From: a virus
Taxonomy: Duplodnaviria; Caudoviricetes
DNA length: 42,788 nucleotides
Reading direction: 5' to 3' (one strand)
IMG/VR virus record: IMGVR_UViG_3300020045_003118
Span: 1 to 42,788 of that record
The stretch's first letter is position 1; each line of letters opens with the position of its first letter. Below, piece by piece: positions 10,107-19,277 of this stretch. The notes below the pieces were generated by a model that did no database searches, was not told where the DNA came from, and saw only the letters and a list, made by a program, of their open reading frames with translations. The position numbers were made by a program, and so were the translations under genes.

Positions 10107-10378
10107 TCAAACTTTCAAAGCCGATTACGGTCGGCGATACCCAGTTAACTGAACTGGATTTAAAAATGCCTACAGTCGATGATGTTGCCGAAATTGGCTA
10201 CCCGTTTTTGATGATTCAGAACGACAACGGCACGGCGATCCAGTTGCAACCTAAAGTAGTTTTGAAATATGCTTCAAAGCTTGGCGGTGTTCCACCGTCT
10301 AGCCTTAAAAGTATATCTATGACCGACTTAACCAATTTGCAAACGGCGGTGATGGGTTTTTTCGGGGACGAGGCTTAA
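10097..10378 (+). CDS. Tail assembly chaperone (Mu gp41-like)
   Basis: L.KPI...L.EL.L..PT..D; ends GFF; between tube and tape measure. Confidence 0.85.
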   Translation: MAIVKLSKPITVGDTQLTELDLKMPTVDDVAEIGYPFLMIQNDNGTAIQLQPKVVLKYASKLGGVPPSSLKSISMTDLTNLQTAVMGFFGDEA

Positions 10379-10530
10379 CCGCCTCAGAACTTTTAAACCG
10401 AGTTTTCGAAGTCGCTTATTTTTTCAAGATCGATCCGGCGAGCGTTTTTGCATTAACGCTTGACCGGTTTCAAATTTATTCAGAACAGGCCGAACGGCTG
10501 GCGGAGATAGTTAACCAGAATGGCGCTTAG
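10354..10530 (+). CDS. -1 frameshift extension of the tail assembly chaperone
   Basis: GGGTTTTTT at 10354-10362; the -1 frame reads FRGRGLTASELLNRVFEVAYFFKIDPASVFALTLDRFQIYSEQAERLAEIVNQNGA* and has no ATG. Confidence 0.8.
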   Translation, partial: GFFRGRGLTASELLNRVFEVAYFFKIDPASVFALTLDRFQIYSEQAERLAEIVNQNGA

Positions 10531-12088
10531 CAATAGTTTACGAGTATTGATAACCGCCGTTGACCGTTTGACTCCGGTTTTAAACTCACAAATGCGGCAC
10601 ATTTCACGCTGGCGGCGCACATTACAAAGCGCCGGGCGTGGAGCCGTGCCTATGGCTTTGGGATTGGGTGCAGCGCTGGCTATTCCGGCTCGGGCGTTTA
10701 TTGAGGCCGAGGATGCGGCAACAGGTCTTAAAAATGCCTTGATGACTAAGGACGGGTTAACTTATGGATTTTCAGAATTAAGTAAAATTGCCACAGAATT
10801 AGGAACACAACTGCCTGGATCGACAGCCGATATAATGGCGATGGCTACTATTTTGCGGTCGAATAGCATGAACGTTGACACGATGATAAAAGGTGGATTA
10901 AAAGCTACCGCTTATCTTGGCGCGGCCACTAAAACTATGGGCGAATCTTATGATAGCGCGGCGTTAGCTATTGCAAAAACATCAAACGTTTTTGGAGTTG
11001 CAAACGATGATTTTATTGAATTAGCAGACACCATGCAGCGCGTTAGATTCTTGGGCATGTCATTGGAGGATTTTACAGAGTCTGCATCCAAGGCAGGAGG
11101 CGCATTAAAGGGAATAAAATATCAAGGGCTTGGCGCAGTTAAAGAATTAGCTCCATTGATTGCGTTACTTAAGCAATCCGGTATTGATGCGTCAGAGGCT
11201 GGTACCGGCATTAAAACAATTATCAATGAATTTGTTTCTACCGGGAAATTTACCACAATAACGCAAATGGTAAAAGACCTGGAAAAGATGAGCAAACTTG
11301 AGCCTAAAAAACTATTTGCAATATTTGCAAAAGCATTTGATAAATTGCACGCTGGCAAAGCGCAAATAATAGCAGCAGGCGGCTACGATAAACTAAGCCA
11401 AAGCATGGAAAACCAAGCCAGTTTAATGCAGCGCGTCGCAAACTCGTTGCAAACACTTGGTGCATTGTGGGAAGCGGCTTTGGGAACCATTCAAAATACA
11501 ATGGTTGCCTTTACAGATGCTTACGCGACAGAACTTAAGACGATGACCGCATACCTTAACACTAACGCCGAGGCGCTTGGCAAATGGTTTTCAAATAACG
11601 GCTATTGGATAAAGGCCGGATTGCAATTAGCGCTTGCTTTTGTCGGGTCGAAGCTGGCCGTCTATGGCTTAGGCTTGGCGCTGGCATTTGTTCAAAATAT
11701 TATGCGGACAAATCCGCTTGTGGCGCTTGGCACGGCAGCCATACTCATTTATCAAAATTGGGACCAATTAGCAACATTCTTTAAAGATACCTTCGGCCCG
11801 TTGATCGATTCACTTGCCAAAAAATGGGCATCGTTTACAGCCGGCATTAAAAGCGGCGTTGATTTTATCAAAACGTTGGGCGGAATTTTAGAGCCAACGG
11901 CTGGCCCCGGCATGAGGCCGCCTGGACACCAAAGTAATTTAGTCAGGTCCGGCCGAGTCTCCGGCGCAATTGATGTTAATTTTAACAATACGCCACAAGG
12001 GACTAGAGTTACACCGAACACAAAAGGTCCGATTTCAGTCACGCCAAGCGTCGGTTATCGCTCACTCAGTATGTTGGGTAATAACTGA
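10520..12088 (+). CDS. Tail tape measure protein (short, 522 aa)
   Basis: ITAVDRLT N-terminus, LG..LPG.T core, helical Ala-rich sequence, IYQNWD repeat. Confidence 0.9.
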   Translation: MALSNSLRVLITAVDRLTPVLNSQMRHISRWRRTLQSAGRGAVPMALGLGAALAIPARAFIEAEDAATGLKNALMTKDGLTYGFSELSKIATELGTQLPGSTADIMAMATILRSNSMNVDTMIKGGLKATAYLGAATKTMGESYDSAALAIAKTSNVFGVANDDFIELADTMQRVRFLGMSLEDFTESASKAGGALKGIKYQGLGAVKELAPLIALLKQSGIDASEAGTGIKTIINEFVSTGKFTTITQMVKDLEKMSKLEPKKLFAIFAKAFDKLHAGKAQIIAAGGYDKLSQSMENQASLMQRVANSLQTLGALWEAALGTIQNTMVAFTDAYATELKTMTAYLNTNAEALGKWFSNNGYWIKAGLQLALAFVGSKLAVYGLGLALAFVQNIMRTNPLVALGTAAILIYQNWDQLATFFKDTFGPLIDSLAKKWASFTAGIKSGVDFIKTLGGILEPTAGPGMRPPGHQSNLVRSGRVSGAIDVNFNNTPQGTRVTPNTKGPISVTPSVGYRSLSMLGNN

Positions 12089-13287
12089 TGTCAGAACTGT
12101 CAAAAAAACTTTACCCGGCATCGTTTCGTAAAATACCGTTCTCGGTTGAAAGCGCGGAAATGGACGGCGGCAGGCGGCTACAAATTCACGAGTACCCGCA
12201 AAAGGATAAGCCGTACGCGCAAGACATGGGGCGTTCGTCGCGTCATATCGCATTTAATGCTTTTGTCGTCGGGCTTGATTATGTTCAGAAAGCAAACGCT
12301 TTAATTGGGGCGATTGAAGAACCTGGAACTGCCACGCTGGTTCATCCGTGGTTAGGCAATGTCAAAGTCAATGCGCTATCTTACCGAGTATCATTTAACC
12401 GTGAATTAGGACAAGCCGTTTTGGCTTTGGCATTTGTCGAGTCCGGCGATCTTGAATTCCCAAGTTCTGCTCAATCGACAGCGCTTTTATCCAGGCAAGC
12501 CGCGGCAAATTTAAAGACCGCAAGCAATTCTTGGTTTAGCAAAGTTTTCACCACTGTTCGCCAAATAAATGACGCGGTAACCAAGGCAACGGCTATTTAT
12601 GGCAAAGTTTTAAATTTCTTGTCGAATCCTATTTTTGCCGTTGCCAGTGCTTTAGGCTTCGGCGCTTTGCCTGGAAACCTGACCAGTATTGTTTCGCTGC
12701 TTGGCAATAGCGCTTTACTATCCGCTTTTAATGCCGGGCTGGTCAGCTTAAGCAATTACGGGGCCAGCTTTACCGGTGACGATTCAACGTTATCACCAAC
12801 GGTACGAGGATTAACGCGGATGGCGACCGGTGCAGAACTGGCGCAGCCGAAAGCAAAAACTTTCACGACCGCAAGCCGGGCGCAGATCGACGCAAACGAA
12901 AAAGCCATTTTGGCGCACACCCGGCAACAGCTTTTGTTAAATGCCGTCGAACTGTCCAGTTATTTGAAGTGCAGCGTTTACGACGACACCCAGAACATTA
13001 AAAAAGAATTGGCGAAAGCGTTAGATGATGAATCGCTTTTAACCGATGATGATGACCTGTACCAAGCGCTTTTGGCGGCACGTAACGCCATGCTGAAAGA
13101 TTTAACGGACCGGTCACGAGATAGCGCACGATTAATCGATTACACACCCGACGACATTATCCCGGCATTGGCCGTGGCCTACGATTATTATGAGGATGCC
13201 GGGCGCGACTTGGAAATAGTTGCCAGAAATAAAATAAGTAATCCGGGGTTTGTGCCTCCGGCCAAACTGTTGTTATTGAGCCGATGA
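12088..13287 (+). CDS. Mu gpN-like 'DNA circularisation' tail protein
   Basis: ASFR..PF.V, GRR...HEYP, GTATLVHPWLG, N.I.NPGFVP. Confidence 0.92.
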   Translation: MSELSKKLYPASFRKIPFSVESAEMDGGRRLQIHEYPQKDKPYAQDMGRSSRHIAFNAFVVGLDYVQKANALIGAIEEPGTATLVHPWLGNVKVNALSYRVSFNRELGQAVLALAFVESGDLEFPSSAQSTALLSRQAAANLKTASNSWFSKVFTTVRQINDAVTKATAIYGKVLNFLSNPIFAVASALGFGALPGNLTSIVSLLGNSALLSAFNAGLVSLSNYGASFTGDDSTLSPTVRGLTRMATGAELAQPKAKTFTTASRAQIDANEKAILAHTRQQLLLNAVELSSYLKCSVYDDTQNIKKELAKALDDESLLTDDDDLYQALLAARNAMLKDLTDRSRDSARLIDYTPDDIIPALAVAYDYYEDAGRDLEIVARNKISNPGFVPPAKLLLLSR

Positions 13288-14300
13288 ACGATATCGTCAC
13301 CTTATCGGTTAACGGGCTAGATTTTAAGGGCTGGAAATCGGTTAGGATCGAAGCCGGACTTGAACGTTTATCACGTAGTTTTGAGTTGTCAGTCACGGAT
13401 AAGTGGCCGGGCAGCGTTGAACAGGTCAGGCGCATAAAGATCGGCGATTTGTGCGAGGTTAGAATAGGTAAAGATTTACTTTGTACTGGCTATGTCGATG
13501 CGACGCCGATAGATTATGATTCCAGTTACATCACAATAATGATTCGCGGCAGAAGTAAAACCGCTGATTTAGTTGACAGCTCTGCTGATGTTAAAACCGG
13601 GCAGTTCAAAGGATTGAAAATAGAACGGATATTCGCAAACTTGGCTCAGCCTTACGGGGTTAAAGTGTTAACAGAAGTGGACACCGGCGCAGTTATTACC
13701 GATCATCAGGTCCAACAAGGCGAAACGGTTTTCGAGTCCATGGACAGGCTGTCAAGGCAGCGGCAAGTATTGATAACCGACAATGAAAAAGGCGACGTAG
13801 TTCTGTCAAGTATCGGCATTAAAAACGCTGATAGCGCACTGGAACTCGGCGTTAATGTTTTAAGTGCGTCGGCTGGTTTTGATTTTACAGACGTTTATAG
13901 TGATTACGTTGTAAAGGGGCAAAAGAGCGGCACAGATGATTCGTTTGGCGCTGGCGCGGCGCAATCGCAGGGAACCAAGGTTGACGCCAATATTAAGCGA
14001 AAAAGGGTTTTAGTGGTCCGGCAGGACGGCCAAGCCGATGCGAAAACGTGCGCGAACAGGGCGGCTTATGAACAGCAAATTCGCTATGCAAAGACGCAAG
14101 AAATACGTTATCGAGTCGTCGGCTTTCGGCAAGCTACCGGGGCATTATGGACGCCGAACCAGATGGTTAAGGTTAAAGATGCAATTATGAACGTGGACGC
14201 CACATTATTGATTTCTGAGTGCACTTACACGATAGACGACAGCGGCATATTTACTGAATTAGTGGTTATCCCAAAAGAGGCATTTTTGAATGCTGCCTAA
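13284..14300 (+). CDS. Baseplate hub (Mu gpP/gp44-like)
   Basis: GW.SV.I..G.E, GRSKTADLVDSS, QGETVFE, LW.PNQ.V.V.D. Confidence 0.92.
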   Translation: MNDIVTLSVNGLDFKGWKSVRIEAGLERLSRSFELSVTDKWPGSVEQVRRIKIGDLCEVRIGKDLLCTGYVDATPIDYDSSYITIMIRGRSKTADLVDSSADVKTGQFKGLKIERIFANLAQPYGVKVLTEVDTGAVITDHQVQQGETVFESMDRLSRQRQVLITDNEKGDVVLSSIGIKNADSALELGVNVLSASAGFDFTDVYSDYVVKGQKSGTDDSFGAGAAQSQGTKVDANIKRKRVLVVRQDGQADAKTCANRAAYEQQIRYAKTQEIRYRVVGFRQATGALWTPNQMVKVKDAIMNVDATLLISECTYTIDDSGIFTELVVIPKEAFLNAA

Positions 14301-14778
14301 ACAGTTGGTTAGAAAAATAGTCAACATGCTTGCGCGTGGCGTTGTCACGCTGTCAAATGCAGCAGGGAAAATGCAAACCTTGCAGGTTGCTTTGCTGGCC
14401 GATGAATCGAAAGATACCGTAGAGCACTTTGAGCCGTATGGATTCACGAGCAATCCACACAGCGGAGCCGAGGCGTTAGCGGCTTTTATTGAAGGCGACC
14501 GCAGTCATGGTATAATATTAGCGTGTGCTGATAGACGATACCGTATTCAAAACTTAGCCGTTGGCGAGGTTGCCATTTATGACGATCACGGAGCATTTAT
14601 AAAATTGACACAGGCCGGAATTGTGATTAATGGCGGCAGTCACCCGATTAATATATCAGGCGCGGCCACAGTGACAGTTACGGGCGGCGACGTGATAGCG
14701 GACGGCATCAGCTTAAAATTACACAAACATGGCGGCGTACAAACTGGATCGGGACAAACCGGGGTGTCGGTTGCATGA
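14290..14778 (+). CDS. Baseplate spike (Mu gp45-like)
   Basis: EH.EPYGFTS.P, GEVAIYD, C-terminal H.H.GVQ.G metal-binding tip. Confidence 0.92.
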   Translation: MLPKQLVRKIVNMLARGVVTLSNAAGKMQTLQVALLADESKDTVEHFEPYGFTSNPHSGAEALAAFIEGDRSHGIILACADRRYRIQNLAVGEVAIYDDHGAFIKLTQAGIVINGGSHPINISGAATVTVTGGDVIADGISLKLHKHGGVQTGSGQTGVSVA

Positions 14779-15197
14779 ACGAATTAATACTCTATGTTGA
14801 CGGGGTTAAAATAAAGGCGATTGACGTTTACGACGATTTGCCGAGGGCTGTTTTAATATCGCTGTTTTCCTGGCGCCGGGCGAACTCTGATGACGATTTG
14901 CCGAATGGAAAAAAAATGGGCTGGTGGGGCGATACTTATTCGGACGGGAAAATTGGGTCACGCCTTTGGCTTTTGACTCGGGCAAAACTAACAACGCAAA
15001 CCGTTTTGAATGCGAAGGACTATGCTATCGAGTCGTTGCAATGGCTACTTGATGACGGCGTAGCTTCGGCGCTAGACGTTCAGTCAGAGCGGCAAGAAAT
15101 TGATAGATTAGCATTAAGCGTGAAGATCACGCGCGGCGACAAAACAGAATTGAATATTCGATTTACAAACGTCTGGGATTTTATTAATGCCATATAA
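14775..15197 (+). CDS. Baseplate protein (Mu gp46-like)
   Basis: AVLISLF.WRRA, GWWGD, GSRLWLL.R.K. Confidence 0.92.
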   Translation: MNELILYVDGVKIKAIDVYDDLPRAVLISLFSWRRANSDDDLPNGKKMGWWGDTYSDGKIGSRLWLLTRAKLTTQTVLNAKDYAIESLQWLLDDGVASALDVQSERQEIDRLALSVKITRGDKTELNIRFTNVWDFINAI

Positions 15198-16236
15198 TCG
15201 GCCACAGCTACAGGAAATTATTGACAGAACGCGCAACGATGTAGTTTCGCGGCTTCCTAATCCTGATGTTTTGAAACAGTCAAACGCCGAGGTTTATAGC
15301 CGTTCATTGTCTGGCGCTGCCCATGGGCTTTATGGCTACATCGAGTGGGTTTCGCGTCAGCTTATTTACGATACTGCCGATGCCGAAATATTAAAACGTT
15401 GGGCAAGCATTTGGGGCATTAATCAGAAAGCGGCGACTCCGGCAATTGGGACAGTTCTTTTCACGGGGTCCAATGGGGCGACAATACCGGCAGGATCGGT
15501 GCTTGTAGCTTATGATGGCATTTTGTACGAAACCGATGCGGCCGTAACTATTGCATCAGGAACGGCTATGGCAAATATTACGGCCATAGACGCGGCGTTG
15601 GCAGGAAATAGGCTATCAGGTCAGACGTTAACATTGCAATCACCTATAGTCGCAGTTAATGCCGGGGCAGTTGCCAGTGCGTTGACGGGCGGCACCGATA
15701 TAGAGGACGATGATAGCTTAAGAGATCGGCTGTTATTCCGTATTAAAAACCCGCCTCAAGGTGGCAGTAAAGCCGATTATGAAGCTTGGGCGCTTGCCGT
15801 TCCAGGCGTCACACGCGCCTTTGTTTATCCGTTAGAGATGGGTGCCGGAACGGTTACCGTTAGGTTCATGATGGATGATACCTATTCAAACGGGATACCA
15901 TTATCTGGCGACGTTACCGCCGTTGCAAATTACATTGAACCGATCAGGCCGGTAACTGCAAGCGTTGTAGTCGTTGCACCCGTGGCCGTGCCGTTAAATT
16001 TTACGATTGCCGGGTTATCACCTTCAAACGTAACCGTTAAAGCCGCAATCGATGCCGAATTAAAAGATTTGATTGTTAGGTCAGCGGTACCGGGAGGAAC
16101 GTTATTTATCAGCCATATCCGAGAGGCCATAAGCCGCGCAGCCGGGGAGGTAGACCATTCTTTGACGACTCCAAGCGCTAATGTGACCAACACGACAGGT
16201 AATATTTCGACCATGGGCACCATAACATGGACTTAA
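15187..16236 (+). CDS. Baseplate J-like wedge protein (Mu gp47-like)
   Basis: GG.D.E.D..LR.R, PPQGG...DY..WAL.VPGV.RA, G.GTV. Confidence 0.93.
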   Translation: MPYNRPQLQEIIDRTRNDVVSRLPNPDVLKQSNAEVYSRSLSGAAHGLYGYIEWVSRQLIYDTADAEILKRWASIWGINQKAATPAIGTVLFTGSNGATIPAGSVLVAYDGILYETDAAVTIASGTAMANITAIDAALAGNRLSGQTLTLQSPIVAVNAGAVASALTGGTDIEDDDSLRDRLLFRIKNPPQGGSKADYEAWALAVPGVTRAFVYPLEMGAGTVTVRFMMDDTYSNGIPLSGDVTAVANYIEPIRPVTASVVVVAPVAVPLNFTIAGLSPSNVTVKAAIDAELKDLIVRSAVPGGTLFISHIREAISRAAGEVDHSLTTPSANVTNTTGNISTMGTITWT

Positions 16237-16805
16237 CAGACTACAGGCTTGAGCTTCAAAAACTGTTACCTGCAGGCCCGGCGTGGGAGTTTGAAGAAGG
16301 CGATAACGGCTATAAATTGTTGGATGCGTGGGCCGAGGAACTTGCCAGAGTTCAATCTGAAATTGATAGCTTGGTAAATGAGGCAGACCCGAGAACGACT
16401 TATAGATTATTGCCAGATTATGAACGCATATTTGGCATACCAACTGATTGCATGGCCTACGTCGATCAGACCATTGATCAACGAAGAAAAGCGCTATTGG
16501 CTCAAATGACGAGCACTGGTGGTCAATCGATTGCGTATTTTATAGCGCTGGCGCTCACGGCCGGATTTGTTATTACGATAACCGAATTCAGGCCGTTCAC
16601 GGTTGGCATGGCGGTCAATGAGCCGATTTATGACAGTAACTGGGCCTATTCATGGATGGTGAATTCGGCTTTAAATACAATTACAGACGCCATAGTTTTA
16701 AGTGTCGTTAATGATCCGCTTCGGGCTTGGGGTAACGAATTGCTTGAGTGCATTTTGCGGCGATTTAAACCGGCGCATACAACCGTTATTTTTTCGTACA
16801 CATAA
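16227..16805 (+). CDS. Baseplate protein (Mu gp48/YmfQ-like)
   Basis: LLP.GPAW, E.DPRT, GGQS..YFI, LEC...R.KPAHT. Confidence 0.92.
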   Translation: MDLTDYRLELQKLLPAGPAWEFEEGDNGYKLLDAWAEELARVQSEIDSLVNEADPRTTYRLLPDYERIFGIPTDCMAYVDQTIDQRRKALLAQMTSTGGQSIAYFIALALTAGFVITITEFRPFTVGMAVNEPIYDSNWAYSWMVNSALNTITDAIVLSVVNDPLRAWGNELLECILRRFKPAHTTVIFSYT

Positions 16806-16835
16806 ACCAAATAATCATGTCGGGAGACATTAAAA

Positions 16836-17567
16836 ATGGACAATAGGAAATTTCAAGCAGGTGCAGCCGCTTCGGCACCGGTCGCGCCGTCATCTCCGAG
16901 CACCGGCTACCCATCAAACGGAAACCCAACAACAGGGACACCGGCTACAGTTCCCGGTGATTTCTGGTTCCACCAAATAGGGGAGGAATTACGGAACGTT
17001 ATTTTGGCAGCCGGGTTAACTCCAGGCACATCAGATTTATTGCAACTTATTAAAGCTATCCAGCAAAGGTCTGGCTGCGTTGTCATCACTACAACTCAAA
17101 CATTTGTAGTTCCCGCGTTTGTTTATAGGATTTGGGTTGAAGTTTGGGGCGGCGGTGGCGGAGGAAATGGCGGAACAGGCGGCGCAGGTGGCGGCGGAGG
17201 TTATGCGGCAGGGTTTTTTGATGTAGTTCCAGGCACGAGTTATGTTGCGACGATTGGCGCAGGCGGCGCAATAGGCGGAAGCGGAGGAACTTCATCATTT
17301 GGTGTTTTGTTGTCAGCAACTGGCGGAGGACCTGGAACGGCCTCGGGTGGCGTTGGCGGAGCTGGAACAGGCGGTGATATTGCCCGCGTAGGCCAACGTG
17401 GCGACGACCTTGACGGAGGGAATTCTGTAGCTTTCGGCGGGTCGTCTCCCAATGGCGGATTAGGTGAGGCCGTAGTTCCTGGTTTAGTGCCTGGCGGTGG
17501 CGGTGGTGCATTGTCTGGCGGTTCGGCGTTTGCCGGTGGCCGTGGCGAGATAATAGTGCGGTATTAA
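16836..17567 (+). CDS. Short tail fibre with glycine-rich C-terminal domain
   Basis: N-terminal GNP..G.PAT...W...EEL..VI..AG baseplate anchor; GGGGGG-rich C-terminal domain. Confidence 0.8.
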   Translation: MDNRKFQAGAAASAPVAPSSPSTGYPSNGNPTTGTPATVPGDFWFHQIGEELRNVILAAGLTPGTSDLLQLIKAIQQRSGCVVITTTQTFVVPAFVYRIWVEVWGGGGGGNGGTGGAGGGGGYAAGFFDVVPGTSYVATIGAGGAIGGSGGTSSFGVLLSATGGGPGTASGGVGGAGTGGDIARVGQRGDDLDGGNSVAFGGSSPNGGLGEAVVPGLVPGGGGGALSGGSAFAGGRGEIIVRY

Positions 17568-17569
17568 AA

Positions 17570-18052
17570 ATGGGCGCAATCGTCGCTTATCTGGTTGCTT
17601 TTTTAGCCATATTCGGCAGTGGTGCCTGGCTGAGTTATAAAATCACATCAGATCATTATCGATCAGAGCAGTTGACGGCGGTAACAAATGCCGAGGCAGA
17701 AAAAGAGCGTAAATTAACCCAGGCTTTTGACAGCGAACGTGATGCGCTAAACATGGCCCATGCCGAGGAATTGAAAAACAATGTTATCGTTCGAGAGGTG
17801 CCCAAATATGTTACAAAGATTCAGCGTGTTAAATCTGACTGCTCTTACAGCGTTGGCACTGTCCGGTTGCTCGACGATGCAGCCGGTAAGCGAGTGTCAG
17901 AAAACAATACCGCCTTACCTATTGCAGACGATGCCGCAGCCTCCGACATTACAGAGTATGCCGGAATAAAATATACTCATGAATTACTCGCGCAATACAA
18001 TTTATGGATGATAAAGCATAACGCTTTGATTGATTATCTGCACAAAAACTAA
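17570..18052 (+). CDS. Rz: Inner-membrane spanin (Rz-like)
   Basis: N-terminal TM, coiled coil, IVREVPKYV...C....VRL.D.A; embedded lipoprotein ORF. Confidence 0.8.
   Translation: MGAIVAYLVAFLAIFGSGAWLSYKITSDHYRSEQLTAVTNAEAEKERKLTQAFDSERDALNMAHAEELKNNVIVREVPKYVTKIQRVKSDCSYSVGTVRLLDDAAGKRVSENNTALPIADDAAASDITEYAGIKYTHELLAQYNLWMIKHNALIDYLHKN
17808..17969 (+). CDS. Rz1: Outer-membrane spanin (Rz1-like lipoprotein), embedded in Rz
   Basis: +1 frame; RBS GAGGTG at 17795; lipobox LALSG-C; Pro-rich mature region. Confidence 0.8.
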   Translation: MLQRFSVLNLTALTALALSGCSTMQPVSECQKTIPPYLLQTMPQPPTLQSMPE

Positions 18053-18063
18053 TTGATAAAGTT

Positions 18064-18444
18064 ATGGCCTATATAATGGAAAAACGACACGATGATATAA
18101 GCATTACAGAGATCAACAAAATGCTCATGGACGAGGACGACAAAAAAATAAAGGGTATTCTTATTTTTCTTGCGACTCTGATCGGAAAACTCAACATGAT
18201 AACCCAGGCCGTTGAGGATTTTGAAAACCGAGAGGCGGCTATTGATAAGAGACGGATTGAAGAAGATCGTCTTTTAACAAAAGGCCAAATGTTATATAAA
18301 TTCTTAATCTGGATTCTATTAATAATTAATGTAATAATATTGCCATATGCTAATAGAAAGATTGACATGCTTGATAAAATATCTTATCAGCATGAAATTT
18401 TAATAAGTCAGGTCGAAGATATTAAAAGCAAGTTGAAAGATTAA
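18064..18444 (+). CDS. Membrane protein, coiled coil + TM (possibly lysis-related)
   Basis: TM segment FLIWILLIINVIILP; follows the spanins; AT-rich. Confidence 0.5.
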   Translation: MAYIMEKRHDDISITEINKMLMDEDDKKIKGILIFLATLIGKLNMITQAVEDFENREAAIDKRRIEEDRLLTKGQMLYKFLIWILLIINVIILPYANRKIDMLDKISYQHEILISQVEDIKSKLKD

Positions 18445-18484
18445 TTTTTTATTCCTTTCATGTCGAGACGACACAGGAACCGCA

Positions 18485-18811
18485 ATGGCAGAAAAAACAT
18501 TATTGTCCGGCGTTAGTGTAACCGGTAAATCACAGGCCGTAAGCGCCAAAGGCACAAAAACATTTGTCGCGGAACTTGAAGGTTCTGGAGCGGTATCCGC
18601 AACAATAAAAATATTCGTTTGTGGTTATTCAAGCAACTCAGGCGGGTTGTTAGTTGGTACTTTCGTACTATCCGGCACAGATCGAGATAGCTTTACCTAC
18701 ACATCAGAAGATGGGGCCGACATCTACCCGCTTGAATATGTTTATTGCGAGTGCACGGCCATATCAGGAGCAGGAGCGTTGCTAAACGTTTCGGTTTTAA
18801 CCGCTAATTAA
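18485..18811 (+). CDS. Hypothetical beta-rich protein (virion-associated?)
   Basis: RBS AGGA; preceded by the conserved hairpin. Confidence 0.55.
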   Translation: MAEKTLLSGVSVTGKSQAVSAKGTKTFVAELEGSGAVSATIKIFVCGYSSNSGGLLVGTFVLSGTDRDSFTYTSEDGADIYPLEYVYCECTAISGAGALLNVSVLTAN

Positions 18812-18860
18812 TTTTTAACGCGTCGTGATGACGCCTTATTCCCTATGAAGGAAAGAAACA

Positions 18861-19277
18861 ATGGCTATCAATTGGAAAGCGTTTGTTAAACAAGCGTCTC
18901 AGAACGCGAAAATGGGCTGTATTAATCAAGGCTCAGCGGCTGGTAAATTAAAAGTTGGAACACTTGGGTATGATGGCGCAGGAGCCGGAACGTTATTGTG
19001 CACATTTACTTTAAACGACCCATGTGCAACTTCGACTAACGAAACTTCAACTTTCTCAGGAATGCCAAAAACTACGCAAGGTTTGGTCGGCGCAGGAACA
19101 GGCGCAGTTCCAGGTTCAGCTATTTTTACCGATTCTGATGATGTTGTATGCGGCGACGGCATGACGGTAGGCGTACATGTTGACGGCGTTGAGGACCCAG
19201 ATGTAGTTTTAGATGCCGCCTGGATCGTTCAAAACCAAAACATTACCCTGACTGCGTTGAGTGCTGTACATGCATAA
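18861..19277 (+). CDS. Putative virion fibre/appendage subunit
   Basis: Small G/T/A-rich beta protein; leader shares 25 identical nt with the portal leader. Confidence 0.55.
   Translation: MAINWKAFVKQASQNAKMGCINQGSAAGKLKVGTLGYDGAGAGTLLCTFTLNDPCATSTNETSTFSGMPKTTQGLVGAGTGAVPGSAIFTDSDDVVCGDGMTVGVHVDGVEDPDVVLDAAWIVQNQNITLTALSAVHA

Noticed and set aside
17089-17511. Arg/His-rich 140-aa minus-strand ORF
   Set aside because: Shadow of the GGC-rich glycine codons of the tail fibre
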